DNA of 64,000 nt, taken from assembly GCA_037441845.1 (NCBI GenBank), contig JBBIRK010000003.1, positions 160,001 through 224,000 of the forward strand. Direction: 5' to 3'. The translations under genes were made by a program, and so were the position numbers. The first letter of the stretch is position 1. Every line of letters begins with the position of its first letter. Source of the DNA: Candidatus Zixiibacteriota bacterium (GTDB lineage: Bacteria > Zixibacteria > MSB-5A5 > UBA10806 > 4484-95). The notes under the pieces were generated by a model, which saw nothing but the letters and a program-made list of their open reading frames with translations, searched no databases and was not told the DNA's origin. Below are positions 19,059-28,094 of the stretch, piece by piece.

Positions 19059-20540
19059 ATGAGCAAGCTCGATATCGCATTCGTTTCGCCGGAGGTCGTG
19101 CCGTTCGCCAAAACCGGAGGTTTGGCCGATGTCGCCGGCGCTTTACCTGATGCCCTATGTCGCAGGGGACATGCCGTGTCGGTATTCATGCCGCTGTATG
19201 CAGCTGTCGATAAAAACCGATTCGGCATTGCATCCGTCAAGACCAGCCTTGACTGCGGGCTTCCCGGCCGCACCGAGAATTTTAATTTGCATCATTGCCG
19301 TCTCCCCGGATCAGATTGCGATTACTATTTTATAAGAAACGACGCCTATTTCGCCAGAAATGGATTATATGTATCGCCGGAAACCGGAAAAGACTGGGAA
19401 AATAATCATCTTCGGTTTGCCTTTTTCGCCAGAGCGGTGCTGCGTTCCCTGGCCGCGTTGAATTCGAAACCCGACCTGATCCATTGCAACGACTGGCAAT
19501 CCGGTTTGATACCGGCATATCTGAAAAACGGCCTGGAACCGTCCAGCTTTTTCGAAAGCACAAAAACCATCTTGACGATTCATAATATCGGTTATCAAGG
19601 GCTTTTTCCTGCCGAATCGTTCGCCGAGCTCGGATTCGATCAAAAGCTGTTTTACGCGACCGGGCCGTTCGAGTTTTACGGCAAACTGAATTTTCTGAAA
19701 GCGGGAATCGAATACGCCGACGTCTTGACGACCGTGTCGCCCAGATATGCCGAGGAGATTCAGCAATCGGAGGAGTATGGTTGTGGCTTGGAGGGAGTGT
19801 TGAAAAGAAGGGCGGCTGATCTGTTCGGTATCCTCAACGGCGCCGATTATTCAATCTGGAACCCGGCCACGGATTCGCTTATCGCAGCCAATTATGATTC
19901 GAATAAGCTTGCCGCCAAGGCCAAAAACAAGCTGGCGCTAAAACGGCTGGTCAAATTGCCGTTGGTGCGCCGCGATGTCCCCTTGATCGGCATGATCTCG
20001 CGGCTGGCATCGCAAAAGGGATTCGACCTGATCGCCGAAACCAAAGAGGAGCTGTTCAAACTCGATATTCAGATGGTTATTCTCGGGACCGGCGATCCGG
20101 TTTACGAAAATCTGTTGCAGGAGCTCTCCCGCAAACACCCCAAGAAACTGGCGGTGGTGCTCAAATTCGACGACAAGCTGGCGCATCTGATCGAGGCCGG
20201 CTCCGATATTTTCCTGATGCCATCGCGATATGAGCCGTGCGGGTTGAACCAGATTTACAGCCTTCGCTACGGAACGGTGCCAATCGTGCGCGAGACCGGC
20301 GGGCTGGCCGATACGATTGAAAATCTAAACCCGGTCCGCAATACCGGCACCGGTTTCGTTTTCAAAAATTACTCGAGCCGCGAAATGCTGAAAGCCGTGA
20401 AATTCGCGATCGAGGTTTACAAAAACAAACCGCTTTGGAGCGACCTGATGCGCCGGGGCATGAGCAAAGATTTCTCCTGGGATTTCTCCGCCGAGAAATA
20501 CGAGGAAGTTTATCGGGCGGCGCTGCAACGCAGCCGATAG
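19059..20540 (+). CDS. glgA: Glycogen synthase
   Basis: KTGGLADV, HCNDWQ, TIHNIGYQG, SRLASQKGFD and MPSRYEPCGL. Confidence 0.96.
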   Translation: MSKLDIAFVSPEVVPFAKTGGLADVAGALPDALCRRGHAVSVFMPLYAAVDKNRFGIASVKTSLDCGLPGRTENFNLHHCRLPGSDCDYYFIRNDAYFARNGLYVSPETGKDWENNHLRFAFFARAVLRSLAALNSKPDLIHCNDWQSGLIPAYLKNGLEPSSFFESTKTILTIHNIGYQGLFPAESFAELGFDQKLFYATGPFEFYGKLNFLKAGIEYADVLTTVSPRYAEEIQQSEEYGCGLEGVLKRRAADLFGILNGADYSIWNPATDSLIAANYDSNKLAAKAKNKLALKRLVKLPLVRRDVPLIGMISRLASQKGFDLIAETKEELFKLDIQMVILGTGDPVYENLLQELSRKHPKKLAVVLKFDDKLAHLIEAGSDIFLMPSRYEPCGLNQIYSLRYGTVPIVRETGGLADTIENLNPVRNTGTGFVFKNYSSREMLKAVKFAIEVYKNKPLWSDLMRRGMSKDFSWDFSAEKYEEVYRAALQRSR

Positions 20541-20699
20541 TCCGTGCAAACGGTTTGTTATTTCGGTCGCGCACAAAATCGGAATGACCGTCCGCCTTGT
20601 CCCCCAATGATAGCGTGTCTGCATGCTTGAACCGCGAACATTCGCCCCAAAGCATCATAGCCGGCGGTTTTTGCTCAATTCCGCGTATTGCGAATGATT

Positions 20700-21593
20700 T
20701 TATCGATTCATTCGCTTCCACCGATCATACTCGTCATCGGTAAGGTACTTCGTGGGGTTTTTCAGAAAATCCCATAGAATCGCAACCGGATTGGCCACCG
20801 GCGGTTTGATTTTGTCCACCGCATAGAATAACCTCTGCGGACTGCCGAATCCGGATATGCTATCGCTTCCGATAAGAAGCGACCTGACTTCCTGCGGCTC
20901 GATCGGGCCGAATTTACTTTGTACCGCCCGAGCGGCGAAAAAAGCGGCTTTCGCGGCTGAATCCATCCAGCGCTTTGAATATTCTTTCCTTATCGGTTGG
21001 TCTTTATTCTGCACTGAGGATCCGCCTGAATCAGTTGATCGCCTCTGCTCGTTGTGTTCCGGCGGATTTGATTGAGGTTTATCTGAAAAATCAGGCGGCT
21101 TCTCTCCAGGTGACGGAAGAATGGATTGTTTTTCCGCTGAACCTCGATCACCGATGGTTGACTGCTCGGGACGGTTGAGTTCTGTTTTTTTCCGGTCTGG
21201 TTCGCTCTGGGCTGTTTGATGACGGCTTTGCGCCGAATTTTCGTCGTTTCCATAACGAATTTTCAGCAGCTGGGCGAATTCGTTTTTGGCTCTAAGCGAT
21301 TGGTAATACTGATAGCTCGGTATGCGAACGATCAGGGTTCCTTCGGGATTGGATAGAAGCTCGATTCTGCCGTCGCTTTCGAATTTCCTAAGAGTTTTCT
21401 GCAGCGTGGCTCTATCCATGCCGCATTGTTGCGCCAGCGAGGCGAATCCTCGGGCGGCGATCCGCCCGGAATCTCCGCCGAGTTTCGCCAAACAGATTAA
21501 CTGCAGCCAGAGGCCGCGTTGAGCGTTAGAGAGCCCCAGGAACCACTCGTTGCTGTAAAGTTTGGTTACCCATATTTTGGGATATCCCGCCAT
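20700..21593 (-). CDS. Hypothetical protein resembling phage/plasmid replication initiators (N-terminal wHTH)
   Basis: WFLGLSNAQRGLWLQLICLA...LAQQCGMDRATLQKTLRKF..DGRI...IPSYQYYQ followed by a low-complexity linker; SD GGAGG before the ATG at 21593. Confidence 0.55.
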   Translation of the reverse strand: MAGYPKIWVTKLYSNEWFLGLSNAQRGLWLQLICLAKLGGDSGRIAARGFASLAQQCGMDRATLQKTLRKFESDGRIELLSNPEGTLIVRIPSYQYYQSLRAKNEFAQLLKIRYGNDENSAQSRHQTAQSEPDRKKTELNRPEQSTIGDRGSAEKQSILPSPGEKPPDFSDKPQSNPPEHNEQRRSTDSGGSSVQNKDQPIRKEYSKRWMDSAAKAAFFAARAVQSKFGPIEPQEVRSLLIGSDSISGFGSPQRLFYAVDKIKPPVANPVAILWDFLKNPTKYLTDDEYDRWKRMNR

Positions 21594-21789
21594 CGAATCC
21601 TCCATTTCACCGAAGTGTCGGTGCTGAAAAGTTTACGAATTCTCAACAGATAGGCGGGTCCGAAAAACCAATGCGAAACGCAGTATTTTTCAGCCGGTTT
21701 TACCGAAAAAATCGAAATTGCCGTGGCAAAATGTCGAATAACGCATATATTGTGTCAAGGTGGATTCCTCGATAAACAGGGAGATTCCG

Positions 21790-23403
21790 ATGCGAGGGAA
21801 AAAGTATTCGAAGGCTGTCTGCTTAATAATTGTGGTTGCAACCGCCGCCTATTGTCCGTCCCTACCGGCACTCGATCTGTCGAAACCGTTTCCGCTGTCG
21901 GCATTGCCGGCTTTCAGCGATTCCAAAATCGGCGACCGCGGGAATGAAATCGCGACCTCTCTGGCAAACATCCAGATCAATCACGATGTCGGCGGGCAGC
22001 TGCAAAACGAGGAGATGGTTTGCATAAATCCCACCAACTTAAATAACGCAGTGGCGATCTGGCGCGATTTCCGCCTCGGCTACAGGCGGGTGGGAATAGG
22101 GTATACTTTCGATGGAGGCCAGACTTGGCATGACACGCTTTTGGTCGTCATGCCGTATCCCTGGCAAAGCGATCCGGTGCTCTGGGTCGATAGAAACGGC
22201 GTATTTTATGCGGGCACGCTCAGCCTATACACCGGCGGCACCAGTCAGCCCTCGGCGATAGGATTCCAACGTTCGACCGACGGCGGCGTCAGTTGGTCGG
22301 CTCCGGTTTACGCCGTAGCCGATCAGCCGAACGTATTCGAGGACAAAGAATGGCTCGCCATGGACCAAACCGGCGGTGTGGGCGACGGAAACATTTATAT
22401 CGTTTGGTCGAGGTTTTTCGACAATTTGACGCGCACTCAGATAATGGCGGTGCGCACTACCGATGGCGGTCAGACTTTCAGCGCTCCGCTGGGCGTATCT
22501 AACAACGGCAATGATTACGTGCAATGGCCGGTGGCGGCGGTCGGCGCGGGCGGTGTCGTCTATATCGCTTGGTATCAGCAATCAGCTTCGCCCAGGATCG
22601 CATTCGGTTATTCATCCGATTACGGCCAGACATATGTCCCGCAAACCACCGCTTTCAATTTGAATTCTACTCTTCGCGAATTGAACGGGGGGATACTTTC
22701 TTTTCCCTATCCGGCTATGGTCTGCGATACGGATTCGACGAGCCCTTATTATGGAAATATTTATATAATTTATGCCGACGGCCAAAATGATTGGGACATC
22801 TGGATGCGGCGTTCGACCGATGGCGGGATGAGCTGGAGCTCCCCCGTTAGAATCAATGACGATACGTTCGGAAATCAGCGTGACCAATTCCATCCCTGGG
22901 TGGCGATCGACAGAGGCATCTTGCATGTTTGTTTTTTCGACCGTCGCGACGATCCGCAGAATCTTCTTTACAATCTGTATTACACGAGATCGACCGACGG
23001 CGGGCGAACCTGGGAGATAAATCATCGCATCAGCACGGTTTCGTCCGATCCTTCCGATGCTCGATTAGCCGGTTTGCTAGGCGAATATATCGGGATTTCC
23101 GCGTTTCAGGGCGATGTTCAGATGGCCTGGACGGATACGCGCAATTTCAATCAGGACGTTTTCTCGGCGCGTATTAGGGCGCTGTTTGTTCCCGGCGATA
23201 CCAACAACAACGGGGAAACGCGGGGGACCGATGTAACTTACCTAGTCGCTTATTTCAAGGGATTGGTGGGGCCGCCCGATCCACCGCTGTTGCGGGCCGA
23301 CGCCAACGGCGATTGCACGGTGAACGCCGCAGATATCACTTATCTGGTGCGTTATTTCAAGGGGCTGGGTCCGGCGCCGATTATAGGGGATTGCCGTCGA
23401 TAG
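21790..23403 (+). CDS. Secreted BNR/Asp-box (sialidase-like) beta-propeller protein with a C-terminal dockerin-like domain
   Basis: Signal peptide; six S/T-x-D-x-G-x-T/S-W/F/Y boxes; duplicated GDTNNNG...DVTYLV.YFKG / ADANGD...DITYLV.YFKG. Confidence 0.82.
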   Translation: MRGKKYSKAVCLIIVVATAAYCPSLPALDLSKPFPLSALPAFSDSKIGDRGNEIATSLANIQINHDVGGQLQNEEMVCINPTNLNNAVAIWRDFRLGYRRVGIGYTFDGGQTWHDTLLVVMPYPWQSDPVLWVDRNGVFYAGTLSLYTGGTSQPSAIGFQRSTDGGVSWSAPVYAVADQPNVFEDKEWLAMDQTGGVGDGNIYIVWSRFFDNLTRTQIMAVRTTDGGQTFSAPLGVSNNGNDYVQWPVAAVGAGGVVYIAWYQQSASPRIAFGYSSDYGQTYVPQTTAFNLNSTLRELNGGILSFPYPAMVCDTDSTSPYYGNIYIIYADGQNDWDIWMRRSTDGGMSWSSPVRINDDTFGNQRDQFHPWVAIDRGILHVCFFDRRDDPQNLLYNLYYTRSTDGGRTWEINHRISTVSSDPSDARLAGLLGEYIGISAFQGDVQMAWTDTRNFNQDVFSARIRALFVPGDTNNNGETRGTDVTYLVAYFKGLVGPPDPPLLRADANGDCTVNAADITYLVRYFKGLGPAPIIGDCRR

Positions 23404-23417
23404 AAACCTCTTTTGGC

Positions 23418-23445
23418 TTGACAGAATCGACGGCGGGAATATATT
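23418..23445 (+). promoter_or_regulatory. sigma70-type promoter of tRNA-Gly
   Basis: TTGACA-N16-TATATT just upstream of the tRNA. Confidence 0.55.
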
Positions 23446-23456
23446 AAGAATCGCCT

Positions 23457-23534
<78 letters not shown>

Positions 23535-23753
23535 TTATTTCGGTTTTTATTTCACCTATGGTTTTCGAAAGTCAAAACCGATAATGATCATTGAGTTGGA
23601 AATTGACAGGCCGGCGACAGGCGCCCAATTTTCGCATTCGCGCAATCGATCCGGCGAGCTCTGCCGGCAATCGTTGCGCAGCCGGTTCGTCTGGTCGATG
23701 TTCAGTTCGACTTGTATAATACTTAGTGGTGCTTTTCAGTCTGCGCAGTCGGT

Positions 23754-24290
23754 CTATCGAGCCCACTTATTCGCCAAATGCGGCAACAACGCAATCTGAA
23801 TGACCGCTGCTGGTAATCCGGGCAAAAGCGCAACCCTTAAGTAGTCACCTAATGATCCCGAATAAGACGACATAATCAATACTGACGCGACAAAAACGAT
23901 CCGGCCGGAAATGATTCCCAAAGCGACCGATTTAAGGCCCGAAAGCCCGACTTTCTCCCTCAATAAACCGGTGATAAAACCATAGGCCGCCAACTCTAAC
24001 GTCATCGCCGGCATGATCAGCGGCAACGGCATCCCCGAAATCAAGTTGCTGACAAGCGGACTCGCAGCCCCGACCAGGAGGCCGCCCCGCCAGCCATACA
24101 CCAACCCTGCCAGCAACACCGGCCAGTGCATAGGCAATAAAAGCCGCACCGGCAGCCCGAGCAGATGAACGACCGCCGGCAACAGCGCGGCGGCTAATAT
24201 AAGGGCTGCATTCAGCATCAACGCTTTCAATCCGGTAAGCGGCAGAGTGGGAGATTCGATTCTTGCGATTTCTCTGTTTATGGCCGTCAT
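23754..24290 (-). CDS. ECF transporter S component
   Basis: LLPMHWPVLLAGLVYGWRGG..VGAASPLVS..ISGMP...MTLELAAYG; SD AAGGAG favours the ATG at 24290. Confidence 0.8.
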   Translation of the reverse strand: MTAINREIARIESPTLPLTGLKALMLNAALILAAALLPAVVHLLGLPVRLLLPMHWPVLLAGLVYGWRGGLLVGAASPLVSNLISGMPLPLIMPAMTLELAAYGFITGLLREKVGLSGLKSVALGIISGRIVFVASVLIMSSYSGSLGDYLRVALLPGLPAAVIQIALLPHLANKWAR

Positions 24291-24403
24291 GGTCAATTCT
24301 CCTTTAGTCCTAATCCTCGCTACCCACCCCGAATTTACAAACCCGATCAGCCGATTGCAAGTCGATTTGCAGGTGCACCGAATAGGACGGATTTCTTACC
24401 ACT

Positions 24404-24841
24404 TTATCTTAAATCGATATGCGAAAGTTCCGGATCGATTTCAATCAGTTTTTCGGCAACGGCTTTGCGATGACACCTTTTGTATCTTTTTTCCATGCAC
24501 ATCAAACATATTTTGCGGCTTTTGATTTCATTGGCGACAATCATCAACGCGTCAGTGCGAGATTCCAGAATTTCACGATATCGGGTGAAATAAGCCCGGT
24601 AGTCTTTTGTGCTATGTGTTTCCTCGCGCAACCAGCGGGGACAACCGAGCTCTTTCAGATGAGCGTATTTTATCCCCAGGCCGGCAAGCCGCCGTTCCAA
24701 TTCGCCTTTGGTAAATCCTGCTTTTTTGGAGTATGGGTTGTCCCTTATGTCGAATAAAAGCTCGATGCCATGCCGCCTTAACATATCATCGAATCGTTCC
24801 GGCGTCATCCCCTCGTAACCGATCGTAAAAAAGAAATGCAC
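24404..24841 (-). CDS. DUF488 family protein
   Basis: FTIGYEG, LFDIR..PYS.K.GF, Y.HLKELG and CLMCME....CHR. Confidence 0.88.
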   Translation of the reverse strand: MHFFFTIGYEGMTPERFDDMLRRHGIELLFDIRDNPYSKKAGFTKGELERRLAGLGIKYAHLKELGCPRWLREETHSTKDYRAYFTRYREILESRTDALMIVANEIKSRKICLMCMEKRYKRCHRKAVAEKLIEIDPELSHIDLR

Positions 24842-25183
24842 ATCTAATAAGATACATCATATCGGGCCGGGCGACAAGCAGGATACGCGAACATCCGTTG
24901 CATCTTTTGCCGGCGCACGGAGTCCCGGAGCGCCGCGGACCTAATCTATAGAGTGCCTGAAGCCACCGATTATTTCGCGCGGCAGACCGTAGCGACGGCA
25001 GGTCACATTTCGGCGATTCCAGCATGTCGATCGAGAATGGCATGTGAATCGTTCCCTCCGCCGCGTAAACGATCGGAAAAGGCAAACCGAATGATTATCG
25101 TCATATCCTTAGGCGATGGTTTCTTTTTGAAACGACCGTGGAATTTCCACTATGGATTACGGCGTGGTTGCGTCCAATTTCGC

Positions 25184-25212
25184 TTGACTCGAAAAATGCG
25201 TGGTTCTATATT
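25184..25212 (+). promoter_or_regulatory. sigma70-type promoter of tRNA-Cys/tRNA-Leu
   Basis: TTGACT-N17-TATATT. Confidence 0.6.
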
Positions 25213-25273
25213 GAAAAAGTTTGAAAGCGGTTCGTTTTACAATTTAACGCGGACCGGCTGAAAAGCGCACAAG

Positions 25274-25345
25274 GGCGGCTTAGCCAAGGGGTAAGGCGGA
25301 GGTCTGCAAAACCTCTATTCTCCGGTTCGAATCCGGAAGCCGCCT
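25274..25345 (+). tRNA. tRNA-Cys(GCA)
   Basis: GGCGGCT/AGCCGCC acceptor stem, anticodon arm GAGGT-CTGCAAA-ACCTC, GGTTCGAATCC. Confidence 0.96.
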
Positions 25346-25362
25346 TTTTACACCGTTATCCT

Positions 25363-25448
25363 GCCGGAATGGCGGAATTGGTAGACGCAAGGGACTTAAA
25401 ATCCCTCGGATGACAACATCCGTGCCGGTTCGATTCCGGCTTCCGGCA
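25363..25448 (+). tRNA. tRNA-Leu(TAA)
   Basis: GCCGGAA/TTCCGGC acceptor stem, anticodon arm AGGGA-CTTAAAA-TCCCT, long variable arm, GGTTCGATTCC. Confidence 0.96.
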
Positions 25449-25467
25449 CAATAATTCAATTAAGCGC

Positions 25468-25495
25468 TTAACTATATCCTTTTCCCTGCCGATTA
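25468..25495 (+). promoter_or_regulatory. Putative sigma28 (FliA) promoter of the signalling/chemotaxis operon
   Basis: TTAA-N16-GCCGATTA, 19 bp before the ATG at 25515. Confidence 0.5.
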
Positions 25496-25514
25496 TTTAT
25501 TTGCAGGTATAGCT

Positions 25515-25901
25515 ATGTCCCAGGCTAAGCGGATACTCGTCGTCGACGATCAACCGGAAATCGGCGCCCAAATCGCCGCCTATTTGCGAAGTCTGAAGTT
25601 TTCACCTCTTGTTGTGACCAGTGTCGATGAGGCGTTGATGAATTTTGATCCGAACAAGATCATGCTGATCATTTGTGATGTCATGATGCCGGGTCGCAAC
25701 GGCATAGATCTTCTCAGGCATATCCGCAACGAGCATCCGCAGTTCCCGATCGCTTTGATCTCAGGCTATTTCGACAAGGAAATGGAGAATATTCAAAAAG
25801 TGTTCGGAATTCCCAAGATCTATCGTAAGCCCTTATTCTTGAGCACGATCAAAGAAATCATAATCGATTCACTTCAACTGGTTCAATGCAGCAGAGAATA
25901 G
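25515..25901 (+). CDS. Single-domain response regulator
   Basis: ILVVDD, CDVMMPGRNG, LISG and RKP. Confidence 0.9.
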   Translation: MSQAKRILVVDDQPEIGAQIAAYLRSLKFSPLVVTSVDEALMNFDPNKIMLIICDVMMPGRNGIDLLRHIRNEHPQFPIALISGYFDKEMENIQKVFGIPKIYRKPLFLSTIKEIIIDSLQLVQCSRE

Positions 25902-25955
25902 CGGCTGCGGCAAAACGCGATTCGGCTTAGGTCCGAAACAGGCAGGAATAGGAAA

Positions 25956-27302
25956 TTGGCTCCTCAGGAATTAGACCTTCAGGACGTAACCGGCAATATC
26001 GGCAATATATTCCAAATCGGCGAAGCTCTCGAAGAACGGATAAGCCAGCTCGAGGATAAGCTTGAGGATCAGATATCCAAAGTTATAGAATTATCCCGGA
26101 TCGGCACGGTGTTCACGAGTATCCTCGACCTCGAGGTGGTGTTGCCGATGGTAATCGAAACAGCCGTCAGCATGGTGCGAGGGGAAGTGGGCGAACTCGT
26201 AATTTACGGAAAGCAGGGAGGGGTGCGGTCGGTGAGCTGGGGGTTATCGGCGGAAATTACCAGCCTGATAAAAACCGAATCGGGAAAAAATATTTACGAA
26301 CATGTGCGGGAAAGCGGCGAATCTCTCGCGATGGGCAAGATCGCTTTCGATCCTGAATTATCGCCTTCGCATCGCAACGTCAATATTCAATCCCTGCTGG
26401 TGTCTCCATTGAAAAGCCGGGATCGGGTTATCGGCGCCATAGCCGTCGCCAACAAAATGAGCGATGCCGGTTTCGATCCGGAGGATAAGTTCGCTCTCGA
26501 AATGATAGGCAATTTCGCCGCCGTGGCCATAATCAACGCCGAGCTTCACCAAGAAACCCTGAAAAAGCAAAAGCTCGATCAGGAACTTCAGATTGCCCGT
26601 CATGTTCAGCATTGCTTGATGCCGGAAAAGGAAATCGTGCTCGATGAGGTGTCGATTTTCGCCTATAACGCCCAGGCGGCTCAGCTCGGAGGTGACTTTT
26701 TCGATATTCTGGAGATTTCTCCGCGGAAGTATCTGGTTGTCGTAGCCGATGTGTCGAATAAGGGAGTGCCCGCCGCGCTGACCATGGCCTCCACGAGAGC
26801 TTATATCCGATTGGCCGCCGAAAATATGGGCTCGTTGGCCCAACTCGCCGCAAAGGTGAACAACCTGCTATGCCGCGATACCGAAAAGCTCGACGGTGTA
26901 TTCGTGACCATGGTCATGGGCCTATTGGATTTTACCGAGCGGGAAATTACGCTGGTGAATGCCGGACATCCGCCATGTTTAATGATAAGAGGAAGTGAAC
27001 TCATCAAAATTGGAAGCGGCGGCACCATTCTCGGACAATTTCCGAACATCGATTTCCAAGAATTTCGTATCCGTATGATTCGGGGCGATAAGTTGGTTAT
27101 TTTCACCGATGGCTTGTTCGAATGCGTGAACGCGAAAAATGAAATGCTCGGTATCGAAAAGGTTACCCGTTTCATTCTCGAAAACGCGAACCTCGGCTGG
27201 CCGGAATTTCTTAAAAAATTGAAATCACTTATGGGCGAATTTTCTTTCGATCCCGGACGAATCGACGATACAACCCTGATGTTGATCGAGGTGAATCGAT
27301 GA
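25956..27302 (+). CDS. GAF + PP2C (SpoIIE/RsbU-like) serine phosphatase
   Basis: GAF domain, ELQIARHVQ, GGDFFD, VADVSNKG, NAGHPP, FTDG and DDTT. Confidence 0.92.
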   Translation: MAPQELDLQDVTGNIGNIFQIGEALEERISQLEDKLEDQISKVIELSRIGTVFTSILDLEVVLPMVIETAVSMVRGEVGELVIYGKQGGVRSVSWGLSAEITSLIKTESGKNIYEHVRESGESLAMGKIAFDPELSPSHRNVNIQSLLVSPLKSRDRVIGAIAVANKMSDAGFDPEDKFALEMIGNFAAVAIINAELHQETLKKQKLDQELQIARHVQHCLMPEKEIVLDEVSIFAYNAQAAQLGGDFFDILEISPRKYLVVVADVSNKGVPAALTMASTRAYIRLAAENMGSLAQLAAKVNNLLCRDTEKLDGVFVTMVMGLLDFTEREITLVNAGHPPCLMIRGSELIKIGSGGTILGQFPNIDFQEFRIRMIRGDKLVIFTDGLFECVNAKNEMLGIEKVTRFILENANLGWPEFLKKLKSLMGEFSFDPGRIDDTTLMLIEVNR

Positions 27303-27736
27303 CCGGCAATATCAACGTCCGCATTTCGTCCTCCAGGACCACGCTGCCCCTGGCCGAGGAAATAATCCGAGCCATTTCCGAATCCGCGGCCGACGGCGCC
27401 CGGCAGGCCTACCACCTCAGGCTGATAATGTCCGAGCTGGTCACCAACGCTTACCTGCACGGCTCTTATGCTTACCCCGATGATTTTATCGAGTTTCAGG
27501 CGGATTTCGACCGGCGGAAATTTTCGTTCAGCATAATAAATACAGGCACTTTTCCGGTCGATATGAAAATTGAGCCGTCGGACTTTCCTCAGGTGATCGA
27601 GGAATCGGGAAGGGGCTTGAAAATCGTATGCAGATTGTGTTCGAAATTCGAAGTGAGCACGCTGCCGGACAATAAAACCTTAATCAAGGCCGAATTCGAC
27701 CTGAATAGCCAAAGCAATGTCGATACAATAAAATAG
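27299..27736 (+). CDS. RsbW/SpoIIAB-like anti-sigma factor / serine kinase
   Basis: SELVTNAYLHG N-box and ESGRGL G2 box; G1 box atypical (NTGTF). Confidence 0.8.
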   Translation: MTGNINVRISSSRTTLPLAEEIIRAISESAADGARQAYHLRLIMSELVTNAYLHGSYAYPDDFIEFQADFDRRKFSFSIINTGTFPVDMKIEPSDFPQVIEESGRGLKIVCRLCSKFEVSTLPDNKTLIKAEFDLNSQSNVDTIK

Positions 27737-27747
27737 TCGGAGGAGTT

Positions 27748-28083
27748 ATGGATATTCAAAAAAGAATCGAAGGCGATGTCGCGATCCTGAACCTTAACGG
27801 CAGGCTGGACCTTTCCAGCGCCGCGCTGTTGAAAGAGGCATCGAAAGAGACGATCGGCCGGGAGACCGGCAAGATGCTTCTGAATATGGATAAGGTCGAT
27901 TTCATCAATAGTTCGGGTTTGGGTGCGCTGGTCTCGATACTCAAAGAAGTGCGAAACAACCACGGCACGCTTAAACTGACGAATTTGGCGCCCTACGTCC
28001 GGGAAATATTCGACATAACGCAGCTGTCGAATATTTTCGAGATTTATCCCGATGAAAAGCGGGCGCTGGCAAGTTTTAAGTAA
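27748..28083 (+). CDS. STAS-domain anti-sigma factor antagonist (RsbV/SpoIIAA-like)
   Basis: LNGRLD, phospho-Ser motif VDFINSSGLGALV and IFDITQL. Confidence 0.92.
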   Translation: MDIQKRIEGDVAILNLNGRLDLSSAALLKEASKETIGRETGKMLLNMDKVDFINSSGLGALVSILKEVRNNHGTLKLTNLAPYVREIFDITQLSNIFEIYPDEKRALASFK

Positions 28084-28094
28084 GGTGAACGGCC

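Noticed and set aside
23433..23441. 9-bp copy (GCGGGAATA) of the tRNA-Gly 5' end as an att site
   Set aside because: Too short, only 24 bp from the tRNA, inside its promoter spacer, and no integrase is present.
25075..25135. c-di-GMP-I riboswitch suggested by GGAAAAGGCAAACC
   Set aside because: The GAAA tetraloop stem and downstream GACGCAAAG signature are missing, and no gene lies downstream in a suitable position.
24786..25261. ORFs 24786-25085 (-) and 24953-25261 (+)
   Set aside because: No motifs or SD, and they overlap the DUF488 start or the tRNA promoter; likely spurious.
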